Source: Podarcis tiliguerta (lineage: Eukaryota). Taken from it: 64,000 nucleotides of DNA. The number at the start of each line of letters is the position of its first letter. The first letter of the stretch is position 1. Under the pieces are notes generated by a model that was given only the letters and a program-made list of their open reading frames with translations, did not search any database and was not told where the DNA came from. The stretch lies in NCBI GenBank assembly GCA_965153285.1, contig OZ229129.1; one strand, given 5' to 3'. The position numbers and the translations under genes are program-made. Below, piece after piece: positions 13,982 through 24,338 of this stretch.

Positions 13982-14138
13982 TAGTGTTGCCATATTTCAA
14001 ACAGTGAAAATCTGGATAGAAAAGTTGTTGAGCTTTTCTGGGCAAAATCACTATTTTCATGGAAGAAGGGCTGCCATATGTCCATAATTTCCTATACATT
14101 TTCTGTCCAGATATTCACTTTGAAATATGGCAACCCTA
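13982..14138. mobile_element. MITE with TAGGGTTGCCA-type TIRs at a monomer rearrangement junction
   Basis: TAGTGTTGCCATATTTCAAA ... TTTGAAATATGGCAACCCTA. The two flanks come from different parts of the monomer and there is no TSD. Confidence 0.75.
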
Positions 14139-17100
14139 CCCTAAGCAGGAGCAGTTGGCAAGACAATACCCTGTTTGCTTTACATACTTCCGTTCTTATT
14201 TCAGACATGGTCTTATCTTGGTATACCACAATGTTCAGCTGGTGAAATATCAGAATGTTATAATCCAGACAGAGCCCAACCCTAGTTGAAGTTCTTTTCT
14301 TTTATGACCTATGTTTATGAAGGATGTTCATCTCAGTCTGTCAATCTCAGTGCCTTTTTGAGTAGCTGAACTCCATATTTGATATAATACATTGCCTATA
14401 GGACCAGCTTTTCTTTTGAGCAATCTCTTACTGAGCTACTTAATACTGTTTCATTTCCATTATGCCTGTTCTCACAGTGCTATACTTAAAAAATCAGTTC
14501 TAAAAAATGGTACAACCCTAGAATTCCATATAGAGCTTTCCTTGTAAAAAGGTAGAATTGAACCTCTGTGCTTAATTGTGGTTCTTCCAATTTATGCGAA
14601 ATGAAGTTGCCCTTTAGCTGTCTGCTCTAGGGAATTCTATTTTGTCACCTCAGGAGAGCCATCCCATTATCTCTCTTTAACCAACATGTCTCTCATTTAG
14701 AGGGGATTTGTGAAGACAGAACAATCCTTACCTACTGCCATGGGCACAGCCAGGATTTATTTCAGATGGACAGGATTTTTGTTGTGGGGTGGTGGTGGTG
14801 GCAGAACTGAACTATCTGCGACACGATTGGTCAGGTAGTTAAGTTTTTTTTTTTATTTGCTTGATTGGGGGCAACTGCCTCCAGCACCCCCTTGATATGT
14901 CCATTCTCGCTGCCTTGTGGGATTGCTTCTGGGGAAGAAAAAGCTAAGGAGTGAACCCTACACACAAAAAGAGTGTAGTCCATAAGGCATATTGCACCTC
15001 TCCTTCAGGCAACTCCTGCATCCAGATTGGTGCCAAACATATTACTCCCTTTCCTTTGGAGCAAATCAGTGCAGCCAGTAGGGTGGGTCTTGTCATTAAG
15101 GCAGCCCAGGATTGTCCAGGCTTGTGCCCCAGAGCTTCAGTGCTTCCAATTCAACAGAATCAGCATTATTAAATGTAGTTCATTATTGTGCATATCCTTT
15201 TGCCTCAACCTTATTATGCATCTGCTAGCTAGCATGACAAGAACAGAAGCAAGTGGCAGGGGGAGGTATTATTAAGCTTCACTTATTATTATTAAAGAGT
15301 GACTGCAATCTTTATTTTGCTGCAAGGATACGTATGGCATTGATTTTGTCAGGGCATGATGTTGGGGGGACGACAAATTCCGAGGCCTCTCTAAGCTGAA
15401 TGTGGACCGAGATCCTGTTGGGGGGAACACACACATGAAACCAGAAACGTCCAGAACCAGGAGCCCCAGCAAGGTGGTATACTGCTTACCTGACTTTGGG
15501 AAAGCAGTGACAATCTCATTCCCAAAGCAAGGTAAACTTCCCAGATCTAGGCTTCTTGCTCTGCCGCAGTGCGGTATTTGAGAGCTGTGACAGCACTTTC
15601 TCTGCATGGGGAGGGAGGACCTGAGGTGGTGCACAATTAAGAAGTTCCACTTGAGGGCGCCAACACGGGTTCTCACATTTTATGTAACATTACAAAGGCG
15701 CCATTTTATGTAACATTACAAAGTCCTTCCATTTTGTGTGGCTTTTGGAGCACAGTGGGAGGGCTCTGGGTTGGGGCCAGAGCCCTGGCTCCCCTTCTGT
15801 AAGCCGGAACCTTACTAAGTGCTTAGTAAGTGCTACCAGAGTCCTGACACGTAAGCCTTATGCAAAGGCAGCTTTTCGGCTTGGAAGCCGCAATGAGTCT
15901 CATGGAAAAATAAATGGGTAATTTTATTCAGAGTTGGAACAAAATAAAAATAAACCTTCCTCTTTTCTCTGAGCCTATATTTTCCCTTCTCCCCTTATTT
16001 GTGTGTGGGGGAGTGTTTCTGTGTCTCCTTCCTGTCACAGAATTGGCTTTTTTCATATTTAGTAATAGGATTAATTTTTTTAGGGAACAATTTCTCACCT
16101 TACCTTTGATATCTATGCTACTGATTGCTTCCATAGCTTCCAGCCATGGCCCAGCCCTACATGGAGCCCTTGTGAAGATAGAATAATCCTTACCTGCTGG
16201 CATGGACATAGGCAGGGTTTATTTTAGGGTATCAGGATTGATGTGGACAACACAATTGCTTCTGTTATTAAGCTTTTTCTTGATTTAGAGGAGGGCAGCT
16301 GGTCCCCTGCACCGCCTTGGCTGTGCCCATGCCAGATGCCTTGTGGGCTACCTTTGGGAGAAGAAAAGGCAAAGCAGAAAACCCTACACAAGGTGGTTCT
16401 GGCATTTTGTAGACCTCTTTCTGCTTTCCTTTGGACCACTGTTGCGAGACAAACTGGGCAGCCAGTCTTGTCATCTGGGCAGCCCAGGAGCTCTGCACAA
16501 ATTGCCTAGGTTTGTGCCCCAGAGGTCCTTTCAGTGCTACTAATGCAACAGAACCAACATTAAGGATGGGTCTTTGTTGTGCGTATTCCTTTGCCTCAGC
16601 CTTATTACCCATCCGCTAGCTAGTGTGACAAGAACAAATGGAAGTGGCATGGCAGAGGTATATGTAGTTTCACTTAGGAAATGTTTGTCCACTCTTTATT
16701 TGCTACAATGATATTTAAGTTATTGGTTTTGACAGGGCATGATGCTGGGGGCAAAATCTGAGGCCCCTCTCAGTTGAATGTGGAGGAGGATCCTGTATAG
16801 GAGAAAAAAGGCGCAAAACCAAATACCTCCAGAACAGGGGACCCCAGGATGGTGCAGGACTGCTTACCTGACACTGGGAACGCAGTGGCATGAGCCCTCC
16901 CATCTCCTTCTCAAAGCACAGTAAGGTTCCCAAAGCCTGGTGCCTTGCACTGCGCCAGCATTTTTTCTGCATAAGTCACCTCTGAGCTGAAGTGGCGCAC
17001 AATTAAGAAGATCCACTTGAGGGCGCCAACACGGGTTCTCACATTTTATGTAACATTACAAAGGCGCCATTTTATGTAACATTACAAAGTCCTTCCATTT

Positions 17101-17483
17101 TGTGTGGCTTTCGGAGGGCAGCATGAGAGCTCTGGGCTGCCGCCAGAGCCCTGCCTCTCCTTCTGGAAGCCGGGAAGCTTTGGGAAGAAGAGGGGGGCAG
17201 AGCTCCAACATGTAAGCTTTCTGCAAAGGCAGCTTTTCGGCTTGGAAGCCACAATAACATGGTTTTATTTTCTTCAGAGTCGAACAAAATAAAAATAAAC
17301 CTTGACCTGTGGTTTTTGTGTTTGTTTGTGTGTATATTTGTCTGTGCGTCTGTGTTTCCCTCATGTCACAGAATTGCCTTTTTCATGCTTAATTACAGAA
17401 TTAGATTTCTGGGAACGTTCTCTTACCTTACCTTTGATATCTATGCTACTAATTCTACAGCTTTAAGGTTATAGAAAATGTGC

Positions 17484-17486
17484 AAA

Positions 17487-17535
<49 letters not shown>
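17484..17535. repeat. (AAAT)n microsatellite
   Basis: Perfect AAAT run seen directly. Confidence 0.95.
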
Positions 17536-17538
<3 letters not shown>

Positions 17539-20500
17539 GAAATTTTATAAATAAATAACCTGTATTGTAGAATCACAGTTGTAATAATATGCTAAAGTTA
17601 AGTCATAAACTAAGTCACTACTAAGCAGTAGTGGTTGGTGGTACAATACCTTGTTCGCCTCTACATACTTCCCTCCTTATTTCAGACATTGTCTTATCTC
17701 GGTATTCCACGATGTTTAGCTGGTGAAATATCACGATGATGAGAAGGAGACAGAGCTCGGTCCTAGTTGCAGCCCTCTTCATTTCTGGTCTTTGTTTTTG
17801 TAGGATGCTCATTTCTGTCAAACTCCATGCCTTTTGAAGTGACAAAAAGTCATAGAACCTACTTTTCTTGTTAGGTTTATTTTTACTGAGGTACTTCATG
17901 CTGTTTCCAGTTCATTTTTCCTGTTTTAATTTTTACATAGTGCTATGCTTTTTCAGACCTAAAAAAAAATCCTTCATGCATTCCTAGTTGTGGAACCCCA
18001 GAATTGCATAGCACCTTCTTTGTACAAAATGTATGATTTAACCTCTGCTCTTAATTGTGTTTCTTCTAATGATGGTTCTTAAGAAATTAAGTTGCCCTTC
18101 AGCTTTCAGCTTTTAAAAGAGCTTATTCCGGCACATCCTGCAGTCAAGTTGGTGCCAAACACACAGCTTGGCTTTCTTTTGGACCACATCAGTGTGGCAA
18201 AAACGGGGGTCTTGTCATCTTTCTTGTCCATTTTTCCTTTTCGCATTTTTATATAGTGCTATGCTTTTCCAGTCCTAAAAAAATCCCAAATGCACCTCTG
18301 GTGGTGGAACCCCAGAACTGCACAGAGTCTTCTGCATACTAAAAGGTACTATTGAACCTCTGCGCTTAATTGTAGTTCTTCTAATTATGGTTTCTGAACA
18401 ATTTGCACTGGCTGCCATGTCGTAGCTAGGATTTCTGTTGGGGGGGGCAGGATTATTGTTGGAGAAGCTTGAACCATGCTAACAGTAACATGGCTGGTTA
18501 GTTTGTTAAAACATTTTTTTAATTTGCCTGATTTAATAGGGAAGCTGCCCCCCTGCCCCCCTTGGCTACGCTCATTCCTGCTGCCTAGTGGAATATCTTC
18601 AGGAGAAGCAAAGACTAAGGAGTAAACCGTACACAAGTCCCGCAAAGCTCTGCTTTTCATTGGACTACATCAGCGCAGCAGTGGCAGTGACGGCAGGGGG
18701 GCAACCCAGAACCTTGGTACACACTGCCCTGGCTTGTGCCTCAGAGAGGTCACTTTGATGCTATTAATGCACCAAAACCAACATTAAGGGTGGGTCTTTC
18801 TTGTGCATATGTTTTTGCCTCAGCCTTTTCAACCATTTGCTAGCTAGTTTGACAAAAACAGAAGCAAATGGCAGGGGGGAGGTGTATGCCGTTTCACTTA
18901 TGAAACGTTGCTGCACCCTTTATTTTGCTGCAAATATCTTGTACATCATGGATTTTATCAGAGCAGGATGCTGGGGAGCAAAATCTAAGGCCCCTCTCAG
19001 CTCAATGTGGAAGAGGATCATGTATGTGGGGAAACCAAAACCCTCCAGAAGGGGCCTCAGTCAGGAGGAGGACTGCTTACCCAGGTGCCCTGCTCTGCCG
19101 CAGTAAGGTATTTGAGATCTAGTGGTGAGGGCAGTTTCTTTGCACAGGGCATCACTCTGAGGTGGTGCACAATTAAGGAGATCCACTTGAGAGCACCAAT
19201 ACAGACTTCTCCAAGGGACCATTTCATGAAACATTACATAATCTGTCCACTTTGTGTGGCTTTTGGAGTGCAGTGCAAGGGCTCTGGAAGGGGGGGAGGC
19301 TTCCCCAAACCAGAAACCAGAGCTTTGGGAAGGAGGGAGGGACTCTGGGATCCTGCCAAAGTCCTTTGAAAGCTGACCTTATGCAATAACAGCTTTTCAG
19401 CTTGTAAGCCTCTTCTAGTTCTTTAGTAATAATCTGGGGTCAGTTTACTTCAGAGTTGAAAAATAAATAAAAATCAACCTTGCCCTCAGGTTTGAATCTC
19501 TTTCCTCCCTTCTCCTCTTCTTTGACTTTGTTTCTTTGTGTGTGTGTGTATTTCTGAGTCTCCCTCCTGTCACAGAATTGGATTTTTTTCATGTTTAATG
19601 ATAGAATTAATGTTTTAGGCAACAATCTCTCACATAACCTTTTATATTTAGGCTACTAATTACTTCCACAGCTTGAATCATAGAGAAAACGTGGTATTAT
19701 AAAAGTGAAGTGTACTATAGAATCACAGTTGTAACACTATGTTAAAGTTACTAAAAAATTATCCATTTTAGACCCCTAAGCAGCAACAGTGTTCAGGACA
19801 TTAAAGCCCCCTCGCCTCTACATAGTTACATCCTTATTTCACACATCATGCAGAACCCTCCCATCTCCTTCCTAAAGCATGGCAAGTGCTTGCGCAGCTT
19901 TGGGAAGGACAGAAGGGCTCTAGGACCCTGCCAGAACCTGGGAATGTCCTTCCCAGAGGCAGGTGCCTTGCTTTGCCTCCTTGCTCTGGTTCAGAGCATT
20001 GTCTACGCTGGCAGTTTCCATGCACAGGGCACTGAGCTGATGAGCTGACATAGCGCAAAATTAAGAAGATTAATTTGTGGGCACCAATATAGGTTTCACA
20101 TAGGGCACCATACATGTATTATGGAAAATTACAAAGTCTGTCCATTTTGTGTGGCTTTTGGAGCACTGCTCAAGGGCTTTGAGATGCTCAAGAAGCCTGC
20201 TCCATCGCTTCTGAAACTTGCCCAGCTTTGGGAAGGAGGGAAGGTTTCTAGGATGGCTTGCAAGCTGCTCCTAGACCCATGCAAAAATAAAAAGGAATCA
20301 TTTACTTCACTGTTTTAAATATCTATCTATCTACATAGCCCTCTTTAATAGTCTCTCTTCTTGTCCCCCCTTCTTAATGTGATTGTTTGTTTTTCTGTAT
20401 GCTTCTGTGTCTTTTATTTTAGACACAGTGTTATATTGCTATACCACAGTATTTAGCTGGTGAAATATCACAATGCTGAAAAGCAGACAGAGCCCAGCCC

Positions 20501-22946
20501 TAGTTGCAGCCCTATTCATGCCTGACCTATGTTTATGTAAGATGATCATTTCAGCCAGTCAATCTCCATGCCTTTTCAAATAGCAGAACTACATATGCGA
20601 TCTAATACGTGGCTTCTAGGACTTCTTTTCTTATAGAGTCTGTTCCTCCTGAGGTACTATTTATTGCCCATTATTCCTGTTCTCAATTTTACATAGTGCT
20701 AAGCTTCTGCAGACCTAAAAACAATCCTGAATGCAGCTTTAGTCATAGAACCCCAGAATTGCAAAGAGACTGTCTTGTACAAAAAGGTTGAATTGAACCT
20801 CTGTCCTTATAGTGGTTCTTTTAAATATGGTTTCTGCAAAATAAAGTTGCTCTTCATATTTTGATTTTTAGGGCTTCTGTTTTGCTCCCTCACTGACAAC
20901 TGAGAACTGTCTCTCATATGGAGGGGTTTTGTGAAGAAGGGATGCTGCCAGAGCCCTGCGCTCACCCTCCCAAAAGCTGGAAGCCTAGTAAGTGCCCAGC
21001 TTTGGGAATAAGGGATGATTCCACAGCCCTGACATAGCCATCTAGAAGCCTGATAAACACCATGCAAATGCAGCTCTTTGCATCTAGTTCCATGGAAAAA
21101 TAAAATGGGGTCATTTACTTCAGAGTTGAAAAAATTGAAAAGAACCTTCTCCTGGTTTAAACCTCATTCCTTACTTTTCCTCTACTGTGTGTTTGTGAGA
21201 GTTTCTTTGTCCCTCCTGTCACAGAATTGGCTTCTTTCATGTTTAGTAATCTAGTTAAATTTATGTCTCACCTTACTTCTGATATCTATGCTACTGATTA
21301 CTTCTACAACTTTAATGACAGTGAAAACATGCTGATTTAAAAATTATCTGTACTATAGAATCACAGTTGTAACAATATGTTAAAGGTATGCAAAACTTTA
21401 TCCATTTTAGACCCCTAAGCAGTAGCGGTTGACAGAAAAACATCCTGTTTACCTCTACATAGTTCCATCATTATTTCAGACATGGTCTTATCTTGGTATT
21501 CTGCAATATCAGACATATCAGAAAACCAGACATAGCACAGCCCTAGTTGCAGCCCTTTTCATTTTTGACCTATGTTTATGTAGGATGCTCATTTCAGCTG
21601 GTCAATCTCCATGCCTTTTCAAGTAGCCGAACCTCATATATCATATAATACATTGCCTGTAGGGACTTAGTGCTGTTTCCTGTCCGTTATTCCTTTTCTC
21701 ATTTTTACATAGTGCTATACTTTCCCAGTCCTAAAAAAAAATCCCAAATGCACCTCTGATGGTGGAACACCGGAATTGCAAAGAGAATTCCTTTTACAAA
21801 AAGGTACAATTGAATCTCTGCACTTAATTGTGTTTCTTCTAATGAAGGTTTCTGAGAAATGAAGTTGCCCTTCAGCTGTCGACGACAATCCGTACCTGCT
21901 GCCTTGTGGAATATCTTCTGGAGAATAAACAGCTAAGGAGTAAACCCTGCACAAGTCCGGAATAGAGTCCCTAAGGTGGTTGGATGGCACCTTGGATGCC
22001 TCCTTTGGGCATCTCCTGTAACCAGGCTGGTGCCAAAGGTATAGATAGCACTGCTTTCCTTTGAACCACATCAGCGTGGCTGAGAGGGGGCTCTTGTCTG
22101 GACAGCCCAGGACTTTCTAACAAACTGCCCAGGCTTGTGCACTAGAGAAGTCACTTCAGTGCTGCTATTGCAGCAGAACCAACATTAAAGGTGGGTCTTC
22201 ATAGTGCATATCCCTTTGCCTCAGCCTTATTACCCATCTGCTAGGAAGTGTGACAAGAACAGAAGCAAGTGGCAGGAGGGAGGTGTAGACAGCTTCACTT
22301 ATTAACTGTGGCTCCATTCTTTATTATGCTGCAAGGATTTGTAGGTCATTGGTTTTGTCAGGGCAGGATGCTGGGGGGGGGGCTGAGGCTCCTCCTAGCT
22401 GAATTTGGAGGAGTATCTTATATAGGGGGAAAACACATAAAACCAAAACCAGGGCCCCCCAGTGCATCCCAGAGCCCTCCGATTTCCTTCCCAAGGCATG
22501 GTAAGCTTCAGAAAGCCAGGCGCCTTGGTCTGCCGCAGTGCAGCATTTTAGAGCGGTGACAACATGTGCTTTGCAGAGAGTGGGCGGACCTGAGGAAGAA
22601 GATCCACTTGAGGGCACCAATAGGCTTCTCACAGGGCACCATTTTATGAAACATTACAAAGCCCGTCCATTTTGTGTGGCTTTTGGAGCAGGGTGCGAGT
22701 GCTCTGGGATGCTGTCAGAGCCTTGCCCCCACTTCTGAACCTTTGTGCCCAGCTTTGAGGAGGAGGAGGGAAGGGCTCTGGGGTGCCGCCAGAGCCCCGA
22801 TAAGTAAACTTAATGCAAAAGCATCTTTTCGGCTTAGAAGCTGCTGCTAGTCCCGAGGAAAAATAAACTGGGTCATTTACTTCTCTGTTTTGAAAAATAC
22901 AAATAAATTTAGCCCTGCTGTTTAAGCCTTGTTACTTCCTTCTCTT

Positions 22947-22950
<4 letters not shown>

Positions 22951-22998
<48 letters not shown>
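22951..22998. repeat. (TC)n(TG)n compound microsatellite
   Basis: Seen directly; an expanded form of the TG tract present in most monomers. Confidence 0.9.
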
Positions 22999-22999
<1 letters not shown>

Positions 23000-23574
23000 C
23001 TTTCTGTGTCATCCTCATATCACGGAATTGTCTTTTATTGCATTGAGTAATATAGTTGGATACGTGAGAGCCATCTCTCACCTTAACATTTGCTAATTAC
23101 ATCTAGAGCTTTAATTTTAGAGAAAATGTGCTAAGTTAAAAATCATCTGTTCTATAGAATCTTAGTTGTAACAACTATGTTAAAGGTAAGTAAAAATTTA
23201 TCCATTTTACACCCCTAAGCAGTAGCAGTTGGCAGGACATTCTTGTTTGCCGCTACACAGTTCTGTCCTTATTTCAGACATCAGGTTGTCTCGGTATACC
23301 GCAATGTTTAGCTAGTGAAATATCACGATGTTTAAAAGCAGACATAGCCAACCTTAGTTTCAGCCTTTTTCATTTCTGACCTATGTTTATGAATGAGGCT
23401 TATTTCACTATTTCAATGTTTTTTCAAGTAGCAGAATTTCCTATATTATATAATACATTGCTTGTAGGACCTGGTTTTTTTGTACGGCATATCAGAGCTG
23501 TGGCTTGGGGAGGGGAGCCACCTAGGTTTTCTGCACAAGTTAAGCTTCCAGATTGACGCCATTGAGGCTCCCAG

Positions 23575-23610
<36 letters not shown>

Positions 23611-23954
23611 GAAATGTGCATATGGGTGCCAAACTTGGTCTTTGTTCTGGGCGAAATAAAACTGTAGGCTGTTTCCACCCCATTAGTCCTGTTCTCATTT
23701 TTACATTGTATGTGGTGTTTCAATCTTTTAAAAATCTGAGGTGCACCTCTAGTGGTGGAATGCCAGAATTGCATAGAGACTTCCTTGTACAAAAATATAT
23801 ATTTGAAGCAATGTATTTAATTTTGGTCCTTCTAAAGATGATTTCCGAGAAATGAAGTTGCCCTTCAGTTTTTGCTTTTAAGGACTTCTGTTTTTCTTAC
23901 CTCAGGAGAGACAGCCCTTATCTCATGTTAAGTGACAACTGTCTTTCCTCTCAT

Positions 23955-24338
23955 TAGGGTTGCCACCTTTGTTCTGTCAAAATACAGGGCAGGGTGGGTG
24001 GTGATTTGTTTTTTCATCTAGTGCTGAAATGACTTCAAAGTAATCAATTACAATTTATTGCAGCCTAACAGGACCAGCCCTCGGGAATTTGCTGCACACA
24101 CACACACAAATTTGTAAATCAGTCTGTGTTGGCTACCCAGAGCTATGATACATGATCTTTTGCACACCCTTTCAAACACATGCATTTAGAGAGGATCCAT
24201 AACTTGGCAGAGAGAGGGTGGGAAGGGAGAAAGAGAGGAGACCTGAAATACAGGGCAAAACTGTATCAAACAGGACATAGCATTTTGCATTGAAATACAG
24301 GACAATCCTGTATTATACGGGACAGGTGGCAACCTCTA
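23955..24338. mobile_element. hAT-type MITE with TAGGGTTGCCACC TIRs
   Basis: TAGGGTTGCCACC ... GGTGGCAACCTCTA with repeated AAATACAGG subterminal motifs; interrupts a monomer. Confidence 0.75.

Noticed and set aside
14720-14745. CTTACCTG-type motif resembling the U1 snRNA 5' end, tempting next to SNAPC4
   Set aside because: No downstream U1 stem-loops or Sm site follow; the next sequence is a MITE TIR. I recognised no snRNA gene in the array.
17730-17790. Possible C/D-box snoRNA (ATGATGA...CTGA) per monomer
   Set aside because: Box C is perfect in only this copy, where box D is mutated. The span is only ~55 nt and there is no terminal stem.
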